64,000 bases of DNA from Candidatus Bathyarchaeota archaeon (GCA_963780265.1 CAWABQ010000010.1:32288-96287); one strand, 5' to 3'; shown: positions 38,846 to 49,596, counted from the stretch's first letter. Notes: a model not told the origin generated them from the sequence alone. Numbers and translations: made by a program.

Positions 38846-39676
38846 TCATTTCGACTTACGCTTCCGTTTCGCGAGCAAATCGGTCATATCTGGGAGTTTA
38901 TCCGACCATTCAAAAGGTGGGTCGTGATGTTCAGCCCATCTCTTAACATAGTGTCGCCAAGGCCACCAATAACCTGAACCTGACCGAATTCTGCCCCAAA
39001 TCTCAAACATCATGTCAAAGTCGAGGGTGTAAGCCGTCATAGTTGACCAGTTCAGAATACAACGCTTACTCGTCATACGCTTGGAAACTAAGGGCAAGTA
39101 GAAAAACCGTGACTGAACATGTTTTAACCGAGGGTCAAGAGGTCTCTTAACGGCAGGCCCAATAGCTAAGAGGTCGTCTCGTCCCGGAGATTTCGATACA
39201 AATTTGTAACCGCGTTTTTCAGCCCATTTCTTGGGATAGTCAGGATCATTCGGGGCTTCGTCTAATTCCCTATAACAGAGTTCAGGATGCCTTTCGACGA
39301 GTCTCCATGAGTATGAATTAGGAGCCATAGGATAGGCAACATACGGACTTCGCTTACCGTTAACGATAACACTATGGCGATAGCCTCCTTTGTGGTGTTC
39401 CGAAGGCGAATTCAATTCAGGTGGAGCGTTTAGCGGGAAGAATAGATAGGCGGCTAATCCCGCAATAGAAGTTTGTCGAATGCTCAACCCTATTGAGATA
39501 CCAAGAACCGTTACAAAGGCTAAGGCAAGCGAAAGTACACTCAAGGGATTCCAAAACGGAAGCAATTGAGCCACACCTGTTGAAGCTAATGAAAACACGA
39601 AGGAATACACCGCCCATAGAACCCACGTAAAGAAGCTGTCCCACAGCTTTCCTCTAATGTCATAATCAAAAACCAA
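38846..39676 (-). CDS. membrane-anchored hypothetical protein (3 N-terminal TM plus soluble Trp/Arg-rich domain)
   Basis: ORF 276 aa. No confident family. Confidence 0.3.
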   Translation of the reverse strand: MVFDYDIRGKLWDSFFTWVLWAVYSFVFSLASTGVAQLLPFWNPLSVLSLALAFVTVLGISIGLSIRQTSIAGLAAYLFFPLNAPPELNSPSEHHKGGYRHSVIVNGKRSPYVAYPMAPNSYSWRLVERHPELCYRELDEAPNDPDYPKKWAEKRGYKFVSKSPGRDDLLAIGPAVKRPLDPRLKHVQSRFFYLPLVSKRMTSKRCILNWSTMTAYTLDFDMMFEIWGRIRSGSGYWWPWRHYVKRWAEHHDPPFEWSDKLPDMTDLLAKRKRKSK

Positions 39677-40089
39677 GATTCTTCAACACTCTCTCTCACA
39701 CCTTGTCGAGATATAATGCCTCTGAGCCATGTCCCGCCTTGCAAACCCCTTTCCAGCGGGTTTTTGCCGTGTCCCACGAACGCAAAAGAACCTTCTCAGA
39801 GGTTCTGTTACACCCTAGGGACACGGGAAAAAGTGTTACAAACGGGACATGAGGTGACATGGAACGGGCTTTCTAGGGGTACTGAACGGGAATGGGTAGG
39901 ATGAACGAACAAGAAGTTTCTCATTTTCATTCTTCTGCTCAGTGTTCTTGGATATTTCGCATCCTCCACGAATGCGGAAAGAAGCGCGACAGCCTTTCTG
40001 ATTTTCAGCATTCTAGTGGCTATTCCTTTCATAGTTCTTACTGGTCAGTTGAACCACTAACTTAATCCACTTAGCCCTATTACCCAGAA

Positions 40090-40758
40090 ATGGGCTCTCT
40101 GTCCGGTGTCAATGTTGCGTTGGTAGCGTTCTTCGAGGTTATCACATTTTTCGGCGTCGCGGCATTCTTTGCATGGTTAGAATTTCTGGCTCTTCTTAAT
40201 GATATGGTTTCGCACGTTATTCCTTCTCAGCGGAAACAGGCGAGGCAAATTCTTGTTGGAATTAGTGACTTTTTCTTGATGTCGTTCGTATCATTTGCAA
40301 CCGCCATCATTGCCGATTATCTCTATCATAATGGATTCTACATTGGGTCCTACTTCTTCGGAGCTCTGTACCACTTTCCTTTGGTCTATTTCATGGTCGT
40401 GTGGTTTTTCCCCATCGGAATCGTGGCCTTCTGTATACCGACATTGTATATCCGTGCGATCTTGAGAGGTGAAAGAGCTTTGGTAACGCCTACGCAGAAC
40501 GTGTTTCGTATAATGGGTGCGTTGTTCAATACGGCACTCATGTTTTTCACGGCTTGGTTGGGATACACGCTTATCCCGTTTCTATACAGTAACATTGTGT
40601 GGGCTGCGGCTTTTTCATCAACCATTTTAGGTCTACTGTTAACGGTCAAGAAGATGCGATTTCGAGATATTCTTCTTTTTGCCCCACTTTGGTTGTTTAT
40701 GATGCTACTCATCTCCATAGTAGTGGACCAGTTTTTCTTACGTCTACCTAGACTTTGA
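40090..40758 (+). CDS. integral membrane protein (6 TM)
   Basis: Hydropathy only. Confidence 0.3.
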   Translation: MGSLSGVNVALVAFFEVITFFGVAAFFAWLEFLALLNDMVSHVIPSQRKQARQILVGISDFFLMSFVSFATAIIADYLYHNGFYIGSYFFGALYHFPLVYFMVVWFFPIGIVAFCIPTLYIRAILRGERALVTPTQNVFRIMGALFNTALMFFTAWLGYTLIPFLYSNIVWAAAFSSTILGLLLTVKKMRFRDILLFAPLWLFMMLLISIVVDQFFLRLPRL

Positions 40759-40800
40759 GGTCTTACCGTCTTCTACTTTCTACCTGAAACAATTTCTTGA

Positions 40801-40991
40801 GTAAAGAAATCTGACAGTCCTCTTCTGACTGGGTATCAGATTTACCACAATTATGTTCGTCCACACATGGCACTAGACGGAGTAACACCTGCCGAGAAAG
40901 CGGGAATACAGGTTAAGGGTAGAGACAAGTGGCTAACCTTAATACAAAACGCTACGAGAAAACCGTCGAATCCTAATGTCAGCATCCAGTG
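40801..40991 (+). pseudogene. C-terminal remnant of an rve (integrase-core) DDE transposase
   Basis: LTGYQIYHNYVRPHMALDGVTPAEKAGIQVKGRDKWLTLI carries the hallmark YNxxRPHxxLxGxTPxE end of IS3/IS481-type transposases. No upstream DDE core is present. Confidence 0.45.
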
Positions 40992-41464
40992 AATGCCCTA
41001 ACTGTAAACACTCTCTCCCTCCACACCACTCAGGTCCATGTCCAAATTGTGGTAGTAATGTAATCCTCAAGAAAGACCAAGAGGCTGGAATAGGGATAGA
41101 TGCGAGCGCTAGCTTAGAGGCGACAACCCGCGACCTTACCGACGAAGAGTTCGAAAGTGTTCTCAGGGACGCGTTGAAGGAACATTTGCAAGAACAACTC
41201 GGAGCCATGAAGATAACCAAGCTGGATGTGGCCACTGGCATTAAGGCCGTGAAACTAAAGGTGTCGAAATTTATTCGTGAACCTGCGAATGCTTCGGTTG
41301 CCACTGCTTATCTTTCTCTCAGGTCACAGGAACAACAGACAGACTTGAACCTCAAACTACAGAGGCTTATTTTGTACGTCGCAATCGGAACCCTCGTTAC
41401 TGGCCTCGTTACTGCGTTCTTATCCGTTATCTCCGTTATCTTGCCATACCTTTACCCACATTAA
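40976..41464 (+). CDS. zinc-ribbon (CPNC...CPNC) protein with C-terminal TM anchor
   Basis: MSASSECPNCKHSLPPHHSGPCPNCGSNV and a C-terminal hydrophobic helix. Confidence 0.3.
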   Translation: MSASSECPNCKHSLPPHHSGPCPNCGSNVILKKDQEAGIGIDASASLEATTRDLTDEEFESVLRDALKEHLQEQLGAMKITKLDVATGIKAVKLKVSKFIREPANASVATAYLSLRSQEQQTDLNLKLQRLILYVAIGTLVTGLVTAFLSVISVILPYLYPH

Positions 41465-41572
41465 GTCCCGACATGTAACACCAAAAACCAAGTCCCAGAG
41501 ACGTAACAGGGCCTTCTCAGAAATCTTATATATCGGATTTTTTACCTGTAGTAACAAAATTGGTGAAGTGTG

Positions 41573-43217
41573 ATGTCTACACAAGGTGTACCTGTTATAA
41601 TCCTAAAGGAAGGAACTCAACGAACAACGGGCAAGGACGCCCAGCGAAACAACATACTCGCAGCCAAAGTCGTAGCTGACACGGTCAGAACGACACTTGG
41701 GCCACGGCGGAATGGACAAGATGCTCGTCAGCACCATCGGCGACGTCATCATCACAAATGACGGCGCGACAATCATGAAAGAACTTGACATACAGCATCC
41801 TGCGGCTAAAATGCTCGTAGAAGTTGCCAAGACGCAGGACAACGAGGTGGGAGACGGAACCACCACTGTCGTAGTTCTAACCGGCGAATTACTAGAGAAT
41901 GCTGAGAAACTCCTCGACAAGGACATACACCCCACCGTCGTGGTCGAGGGCTACAAGAAGGCGTCAGAGAAGGCTAGAGAAATACTCGACGGCCTCAGCG
42001 AAAAGATCGACACGAACGATGCGGAAACCCTCAGAAGGATCGCAATGACCGCCATGGGCACCAAGGGTGTGACCGGCGCCAAAGATTACCTGGCGAAGAT
42101 AGCTGTGGATGCGGCCCTCCAAGTCAAAGAAACTAGAGACGGTAAGACGAGGGTTGACGTCGACCTTGTCAAGGTATTGAAGAAACACGGCAAGAGCCTC
42201 GAAGAAACAGAACTTGTCCGTGGCATCGTGATCGACAAGGAAGTTGCTCACCCACAGATGCTGAAGCGAACCGAGAACGCAAAGATCGCCCTACTCAACG
42301 CCAAGCTCGAAATCGAGAAGACCGAGTTCGACGCGAAAATCAACATAGACAGCCCGGACCAAATGAAGCTCTTCCTTGACGAAGAAGAACGCATGCTGAA
42401 GGAAATGGTTGACAACGTCGCTAGGAGTGGCGCCAACTTCGTATTCTGCGAGAAATCCATCGACGATGTAGCGCTACATTTCCTCGCCAAGAAGGGAGTC
42501 GCGGCGATAAAGAACGTGAGCAGTGGGGACATGGAGAAACTTTCCAAGGCCACTCGCGCCAAAATCGTAGCAACCGTCAAAGACCTAGCAAAAGAATCCC
42601 TCGGTGAGGCAAAACTCGTCGAAGAAGTGAAGATCGGAGACGACAAACTGACCTACGTCAGGGACGCCAAGAACCCGATGGCGGTGACAGTCGTAGTTCG
42701 AGGAGGAGCTGAACATGTTGTGGATGAGGCTGAACGGTCTCTGCACGATGCCTTATGCGTCGTTAGGGACGCAATTGAGGATGGCAAGATTGTTGCTGGT
42801 GGAGGCGCAGCCGAAGCGGAGACAGCAAAGCAACTACGCGAGTACGCCGTCAAGGTCGGTGGTCGTGAGCAGCTGGCTATCGAGGCCTTCGCAGACTCCA
42901 TCGAAAGCGTACCCTTAGCCCTAGCCGAAAACGCCGGCCTAGACCCCATCGACATCATGGTCGAATTACGGTCCAAGCATGAGAACCCGGAAAACCGCTG
43001 GTACGGCGTCGATGTCTTCTCCGGTGAAGTTAGAGACATGCGCAGCTTGAACGTCATAGAGCCGCTCCGCGTGAAACTCCAAGTTGTCAAATCCGCCACT
43101 GAATGCGCTTCAATGATCCTTCGCATTGACGATGTCGTGGCTTCCAAGGGAGGCGGGCCACCCATGCCCCCAGGTGGAGGCATGCCCGGTGGAATGCCAG
43201 GCGGAGACGACTACTAA
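41573..43217 (+). CDS. thermosome subunit (group II chaperonin), paralog 2; frameshifted by 1 nt near 41705 in this assembly
   Basis: [45 protein letters not shown] then a shift. Continues [27 protein letters not shown]...[13 protein letters not shown]. Deleting one nucleotide of CCACGGCGGAATGG restores TLGPRGMDKML. Confidence 0.8.
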
Positions 43218-43300
43218 AACGGCCTTCACTCTTCCTTTTTTCTTCCGCTTCTTTTCGTTAGAACCTAAGTAGGACGAACACAACTCTTTCCTTTCCCTGT

Positions 43301-44437
43301 TTGGGGAAAGGCCACTTGTCCCAAATGCCGGAACCGGTGATAATCGTAGCTTCAGCCGAGTTCACGCTGAAGAGCTCCCCAGTCAGACGCACTTTGGAGC
43401 AACGGCTAATTGATGACCTGAGGTTCGCGCTTACCCGCGCTGGTTTCAGTGGTTTCCGGGTTGAGAAACACGCCGCCAGGCTAGTGGTACACGGCCTCAA
43501 AGATGCCAGAGAAGCGAAGCTTGGCGCTCAGTCCTGCAGAGGAGTCTTCGGCGTAGCTTACGCGGTACCCGCGAACCTGCTGCCAGCCTCTATGGAAGCT
43601 GTAGTGCAATCCATTGTGAACCTCGCGAACGAGCAACTGCGATCAGGCCAATCGTTTGCAATTCGTGCTCACCGTTCAACGTCAGGTTCTTTGTCTCGGC
43701 GTGATGTTGAGCTCAAGGGTGGCTCTGAAGTTCTCCATGCCTTGAAGGACAGAGGTGTCACAGTCGACCTTGGGGCTCCCGATGTTACGATTCATGTTGA
43801 CCTGGTAGACGAAGATGCCTACGTTTATGGTGAGAGATTGCAGGGCCCTGGCGGGCTGCCTCTGTCTTCTCAATGGAAAATGCTGGCGGTGCTGGATTCG
43901 GGGCCCCTCACGCTTCTCGCAGCCTATGCAATGATGAGAAGAGGATGCCTAGTGGAATTATTCATTCCACTATCCAACATCAGCTCGGCTTTCGCGACGG
44001 AGAATCAACTGAATCTCGCCCGAAACCTACGGCGGTTAATAACTCGTCCAAGCTACAAAGTCTACACTGTCGACTACGAACGGCTCATAGGAGAGAAGGT
44101 CAAAGACCAACCCAACCCTTCAACCACCTCGAAGCTCTTGGTGAGGTTGGCGGCCGCCAAGTTTGCCAAAGAAAAGAGGTTCAAGGGAATAATTTTCGCA
44201 GATGTTGCCGGCGAAATTGCCTTAGCCGAGGCGCTCAGGGCCGTAGCCCCAGAGGTTGCGGTTTTCACGCCGCTAATAGGGTTGACGAGAGATGACCTGT
44301 CGGAGATGGCTAGGGTGGTAGGTGTCGTCGGGACAGAGTCGTTACCTCAGGAGGGTTTCCAACATGAGATAGAGCTCTCGACGGTGGAGGTATCAAAGCA
44401 TCTTGACCAGGTTGAGGTGGAGCAACTATCTCTCTAG
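43301..44437 (+). CDS. THUMP-domain ThiI-like (tRNA 4-thiouridine synthase family) protein with non-canonical PP-loop
   Basis: N-terminal VIIVASAEFTLKSSPVRR (THUMP). The expected SGGxDS PP-loop is replaced by LAVLDSGPLTLLAAY. Confidence 0.4.
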   Translation: MGKGHLSQMPEPVIIVASAEFTLKSSPVRRTLEQRLIDDLRFALTRAGFSGFRVEKHAARLVVHGLKDAREAKLGAQSCRGVFGVAYAVPANLLPASMEAVVQSIVNLANEQLRSGQSFAIRAHRSTSGSLSRRDVELKGGSEVLHALKDRGVTVDLGAPDVTIHVDLVDEDAYVYGERLQGPGGLPLSSQWKMLAVLDSGPLTLLAAYAMMRRGCLVELFIPLSNISSAFATENQLNLARNLRRLITRPSYKVYTVDYERLIGEKVKDQPNPSTTSKLLVRLAAAKFAKEKRFKGIIFADVAGEIALAEALRAVAPEVAVFTPLIGLTRDDLSEMARVVGVVGTESLPQEGFQHEIELSTVEVSKHLDQVEVEQLSL

Positions 44438-44506
44438 GAATGGCTCGCCAAAGCTTCAACGATATCGCAGGCCGTTGCAACTGCGTCCATTGATGCGGTT
44501 TCCTTG

Positions 44507-45649
44507 CTAATTCGCGCGGCGTTCGTCAGGTATTCGGGATTCCAGAACTCTTTCGACTTTAGACTTGAGAGTGTCATGGTTCAACATGTTTTGGTCAATC
44601 ATTTCGGCTACATGAAGGGACGTTGCGCGGAATGCGTTGCCGTATTGCTCTGTATGATCAGGGATTGGCACAAGTACCATGGGCTTCCCATAGACGAGGG
44701 ATTTCATGATCGTTCCGTGGCCCGCCCTGGCGACGACCAAGTCGCTGGCCTTGATGAAATCCTCCTGATTCTCAATCCAATCGTAAACCCTCACCCCGCC
44801 CACGGAATGCATTGCTCTTTCTCCTTCAGGATTGCCTCGGGAGAGTGCGATTTGATAATTCTTCGAGAACCCTTGGAAAGCGTCAAGGAGTTTTCGAGCT
44901 AATATTTCGCGTTCAACCTTCGGCCCGCTGACAGCAGCGTAGATGAAGGGTAGTTTAGTTTCAAGGCCTATTTCGCGCCGAATATGCTCGCTCGACTTGC
45001 TGTGGTGCTCCTCAACAATGGGGCCGATGAACTTCACCTTTTCTTGGTAGCGTCTGGGAATCGCGAGGTTTCCCAGCGAAATCGTGTATGGCGGCGGTAA
45101 GTCAGGGATGAGTATGACCTGGCTTCGCCCCCACACCAGTTGGATGGCTGTTCGAACGAAAAGCCATCCTACGTTGGCGATGAAGAAGAATAGCCGGTCG
45201 TGCAGTGTCAACGAGCGGCCTGATGGGCGTCTGATTATTTCAACTCGGAACTGGTTGAGCATTAGGGCGGCTGGAATTCTAAGCAGCCAGGCTGCTACAA
45301 GTGAAGAGGCCCGAGAGTCCGATAGAACAGCGTCCGGCCTGAACTGCTTCAAGAATTGAATTTCGCGGACTACTTGCTGGAGGAATGTTCTGATGCCCAG
45401 CGAAAAGCCGCTAGTGGCGGCCGTCTTTTTGAAATCTATTGCACCGTCGTTTGTTACTTTGAAGTTGATTGGCACGGCCTCATAGGTCGGCAAGAGGTTG
45501 CGTCTCGCATAATTGAGTCCGTCAAGGTAGGTGGAAAATACGGTTTCGACTTCCCGGCGTTTCAACTCATTAGCGATTGGGTGAACTCGTGTTATGTGGC
45601 CTAACCCTATACCGCAAGGCGCCAAGTAAACACGCAATCTCATCTTCAC
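44507..45649 (-). CDS. glycosyltransferase family 1 (MGT/UDP-glycosyltransferase-like)
   Basis: C-terminal nucleotide-sugar motif ARAGHGTIMKSLVYGKPMVLVPIPDHTEQYGNAFRA. Confidence 0.55.
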   Translation of the reverse strand: MKMRLRVYLAPCGIGLGHITRVHPIANELKRREVETVFSTYLDGLNYARRNLLPTYEAVPINFKVTNDGAIDFKKTAATSGFSLGIRTFLQQVVREIQFLKQFRPDAVLSDSRASSLVAAWLLRIPAALMLNQFRVEIIRRPSGRSLTLHDRLFFFIANVGWLFVRTAIQLVWGRSQVILIPDLPPPYTISLGNLAIPRRYQEKVKFIGPIVEEHHSKSSEHIRREIGLETKLPFIYAAVSGPKVEREILARKLLDAFQGFSKNYQIALSRGNPEGERAMHSVGGVRVYDWIENQEDFIKASDLVVARAGHGTIMKSLVYGKPMVLVPIPDHTEQYGNAFRATSLHVAEMIDQNMLNHDTLKSKVERVLESRIPDERRAN

Positions 45650-46292
45650 CGACGCTCTTTCTCCTAACCTCGCCAGCAGGCTTCACTTCCTCGAAAATCT
45701 CTCCCTCAAAGATTTTGACTTCAACCCCGTCAAGAAGCCACGAGTCGGGAGGCAGCCCTGCTTTCAGGCAACAATTCATCAGAAACTCCGATGAGTCCCA
45801 TTTCCACTCAGTCGCCACTTGCGGCAGGAGCAGGCCTGAATTGCCTCCACGGGCGACGATGAGGCCATGCCGGCCGACTTGAATTAGCTCTGGAAGCGAT
45901 TTCCGATCATGTACTTTCAAGGCCTGCGGTTCAGTGAGGGCGGTGAGTTCCACAACAATAGAGCCCTCGAATTCTTCCAAGGAGATTGGGGGAAATCTTG
46001 GGTCGTCTGTAGCCGCATAGATTGCGGCCTTGATGGTAGCGTTCAGTAGGGGTTCTTCCGGGTATGGAAACCCGATGCAGCCTCGCAATTCGTTGGCGGG
46101 TTTCGTAGCGTTTAGCGTTATGAAAACGCCGGATTTCCTAAGCAGCCTTTCAGGCGCGTCTTGGGGCGGTTTGATTATCTCATTGCTTTTTAGGTACCTG
46201 GTGGTGGCCAAGCGTGCGATTTGTACTAGCGTTTTACCTTCTTCAAGGGTGAGCCTGTTCTGTGCTAGCTGTGCTGTTTCTCTTCGCGTCAA
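45570..46292 (-). CDS. AMMECR1-domain protein
   Basis: LRGCIGFPYPEEPL is the AMMECR1 signature with conserved Cys. Confidence 0.7.
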   Translation of the reverse strand: MTRRETAQLAQNRLTLEEGKTLVQIARLATTRYLKSNEIIKPPQDAPERLLRKSGVFITLNATKPANELRGCIGFPYPEEPLLNATIKAAIYAATDDPRFPPISLEEFEGSIVVELTALTEPQALKVHDRKSLPELIQVGRHGLIVARGGNSGLLLPQVATEWKWDSSEFLMNCCLKAGLPPDSWLLDGVEVKIFEGEIFEEVKPAGEVRRKSVGEDEIACLLGALRYRVRPHNTSSPNR

Positions 46293-46762
46293 GAATTTTC
46301 CTCGCGCTTTCCAGTGTTTGTTCTATCTTTTTCCAGTGGCTTCCTTGCCAGTACACTTTGGCGCACTTGGGATTGGTGCAAAGCCAAAAACTCTGGTATA
46401 CTTTAAACGTTGTTGGAGGAACCGAGGCTTCCACTTCATCCTTTGAAGCTTCTCTTATCGGAAACCCGCACAACGGGCATTTTGAAATTGCCGTGTCGAT
46501 TTCGAGCCTAAGGTTATAGTGTTCTGCGAGGCTTGCCAATCGCTCTGGCTCTGTGCGTCCCTGCACTAGCGAGGTCTGGATGCCCTTCATGGCTGCGGTC
46601 CTGTAGAGTTCTTCGATCCGAAGTCAGCAGGATGAGGGAATCACGTTTGGCGATTGAAAGCAGGTCTCGGTCGGAACTGTCGTTCAGGTAGACCGATTCG
46701 TACCCGAGCATCCGAAGCCACCTCGCCAACTTTCCCAGCATTCCATCTAGGAGGAAGCGCAT
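46243..46762 (-). CDS. Mut7-C (DUF82) PIN-like RNase domain protein with C-terminal zinc ribbon; frameshifted in this assembly
   Basis: N-part [26 protein letters not shown]...ILLTSDRR. C-part CPLCG...FWLCTNPKCAKVYWQGSHW. The two overlapping ORFs are joined. Confidence 0.6.
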
Positions 46763-48014
46763 GCCCTATCGCTCTTGGTGACTCTTCCCACAGCAGGTCC
46801 CACGATCCTTCCCCTCTCAGCAACCAATGTCCCATTCACAATCGTGTAAGCCGCCATTCCAACGCATCGGTATCCCTTGAACGGCGAGTATTTCGCCTTA
46901 CTCTGAAAGCTCTCTGGTGTAATTCGTGTCTTGGCCTTCGGGTCAACGAGCACGATATCTGCATCGTAACCTTCCTTGAGTTCGCCCTTTCTTGACAAGC
47001 GAAAGAGTCTAGCCGGAAGCGTGGCCGTAGCGTCGACGAGCCTTCGCAACGAGAGTTTTCCCAGTGAGACCTGCGTGAACATTACTGGGAGGGATGTTTC
47101 CAGGCCAGGTACTCCTGAGGCTGCGTCCCAGGCGTTATCCTTCGTCTTCTCTTCCAGCGTGTGCGGGGCGTGGTCACTAGCGAGTATGTCCACCTGCCCT
47201 TTCGCGAACAACTTCCATAGGCCATTCCTGTTTGCTTCGCTTCTAATCGGGGGGACACAAATCGCTAGAGTCTTCTGCTTTCGGAAGACTGTTTGATTTA
47301 GGAGTAGGTGGTGGGCGGAGGCTTCGCATGTTGCGTTCGGTGCCTTTCGGACGAGGTTCACGGCTTCCGGAACGGTGATGTGGCAGATATGAAGTCGCAG
47401 TCCCAGCTTGCTGCCGAGGCCTAGAATCTTGCGGACTGCATATACTTCGATTTCTGGTGCATGTGCTCTGAGAAAGTCTCGGATAGATGTCTTCCCTCGG
47501 CGCTAGGCTCTCCTGCTGAGACTTCCTGATGCGGTCTCCGTCTTCTGCGTGGACGGTGACGATAGCCTCAGCCTGTTTCGCAGCTTGAAGCGCATTCATC
47601 AAATCGGTTTGGTCGCTCGAGTCAAACGTTACGAGTGCCTTGTTTAGGTATAATTTGAAAGCGATTGCGCCCTGCTCAACCATTCCTTTCATTTCGTTCG
47701 GGTCTTCAACTAGCGATCCCTGAAAGGCCACGTTTGAGTACAGCCTGCCCTTCCGCCTTTGCCATCTTATCAGCCAAATTGGGGCTGCTGACTGTCGGGG
47801 GGCGGGAATTCGGCATATCGAATACAGTAGTGAATCCGCCGACTGCCGCTGCGCGAGTCCCTGTCTCAAAAGTCTCCTTGTAGGACAAGTCGAAGTCGCG
47901 AAGGTGAACGTGCGCATCGATTAGTCCGGGCAGGGCAATTAGGTGGCTGCCGTCTATTTTCAGAGTCGGCCGTCGAAGTGGGTCGAAGTCTTCGGAATGC
48001 TCTTGATGCGCCAT
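46747..48014 (-). CDS. pyrC: dihydroorotase, split into three ORFs by two or more frameshifts in this assembly
   Basis: N: [40 protein letters not shown]. Middle: [10 protein letters not shown]: ASDHAPH...[10 protein letters not shown]. Confidence 0.7.
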
Positions 48015-48290
48015 CTTCCAAAAAAATGTGAGCGGTTGTCAACTCGTTGTTGACGAGAATCTGGTAGATTCGATTAGTATTGATGGCATGACTAGTTGCA
48101 CCGCCTGCTGGATCTTCACTTGGGTCAGGGTTAAGGCCGTTGGTTATCTTCTTCAGGTACTTCGAATCAGCTGCGCAGTCGTCGCATACGAACTGGCCGT
48201 CATGCGAGGTTTCAACTCATCAGCCCACGAGCCACACGTGTCGCAGTATCCTGACAGTGGCGCGGTTTCCTTTATCTCTCTGTACGGGCG

Positions 48291-48680
48291 CTATCTTTGA
48301 TTTCTCTTGCCATGACGTCGATGAGGGCTGGCGTTATGTCCACGATATCGTTGCTTGTTATGATTCCTTTCACGCTTACCACCTTGAAGAACGACGAGTC
48401 TCCTGATTTTCTGCTCGCGCATTTTTTTGGCAGCGTCAGTTACATTTGTCGACGCTTCGACGGTTACGGGCGGTTTGGTCATGGATTTTCCAGCTTTAAC
48501 TTTGCTAGGCAGTAAATCCAATGCGGCAACTCTTCTTACAATGTCGCGTTCTGTGATGAGGCCCATTGCTTTTCCAGTTTTATCAACAACCACAACGCAT
48601 CCGATTTCTTGTTTCCTCATGAGTTTGGTGGCTGTTAGAACTGAGTCGGTGTCTTTGATGGTGGTTACTGGACTTGACAT
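48291..48680 (-). CDS. CBS-domain pair protein (C-terminal part probably frameshifted)
   Basis: MSSPVTTIKDTDSVLTATKLMRKQEIGCVVVVD...GLITERDIVRRV. The C-terminal Arg/His-rich tail looks out of frame. Confidence 0.5.
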   Translation of the reverse strand: MSSPVTTIKDTDSVLTATKLMRKQEIGCVVVVDKTGKAMGLITERDIVRRVAALDLLPSKVKAGKSMTKPPVTVEASTNVTDAAKKMREQKIRRLVVLQGGKRERNHNKQRYRGHNASPHRRHGKRNQR

Positions 48681-49596
48681 TACGTCTTCGACTTTGACGT
48701 CGGGAGTGCCCTCGGGACCGACATTTGTCTTCAGTTTTGAATCTTTTTTAGGCTTTAAGGATTTTGCGGGAGGTTACGTGTGGGGGTCGGGTGCAGTAGG
48801 GAAGGTATTATCTATCGACTCGGGCTATGTTGCCCGAATTTAGAGTTGGTCCGTGGGATTTAGTTGAGCATGGTAATCAACAAGTTCAAGGAAGCCAAGG
48901 GAGGAATTAAGCCGATCATCGATCGTTTATTGGCTTACGAGTCGCTCTTAGCCGTGGTGGCTGGCGTTGCCAACCATTCTCTGCGCATGAAGTAAGCGAC
49001 ATCGGGGAATTTGCGATTTACATTGGGATCGGATTGGGCATTGTCGTTCTATTTGTTGTCGGTTCTGATTGTGCGTAATGATTTCACTATGGAGAGGTTG
49101 AGCTGAAAGGAAAGAACCGCTACTTAACCCTGGGTGGTGGCACTTTCATAGTTCTGTGGATTATGGTTACAGTTTTATCGAATACCGTCTAGCTGTAGAC
49201 TAGTTTCTTATTTCGCTTTTTTGCGTTCAGCTGGTTCAGCGGGGATTTCTGAGCGTTCGAGTTTCCTCAAGAGACCTCCACGAGCTTGAAAGTATCCTCT
49301 ATCATAGTCAGCATGTAGCCCATTCGTGCCGTGGCTGAGCAAACTCTTTCTCATCGTCTTGAGTTTGTAGGCGTCATTTCAATTTTCGACAGGTACAGGT
49401 ATTTGTCGTCAGTTAGATTTCGCGGTCAGCAGTAGCCCTTCAAGGGCTTTCAAGTAGCCTTTAGCCGATTCAGTTGCTCGGAATTATGTTCGTATTGCTG
49501 TCTAGTTCTTTTTCTGCGTCGCGAATTTCTTCTCTGTATGATTGCTTGAAAGAATTTCTCTGCTAGTGTTGGTGTTTGGGTTTGGGCTGTGGTTTC

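Noticed and set aside
17942-46292. Idea of an AmmeMemoRadiSam operon
   Set aside because: The AMMECR1 and MEMO1 genes are 27 kb apart, in different operons, and ELP3 is a different radical-SAM family.
49282-49461. 59-codon minus-strand ORF (MRKSLLSHGTNGLHADYDRGYFQARGG...) in the cbs-radA intergenic region
   Set aside because: No recognisable family, and below any sensible confidence threshold by eye.
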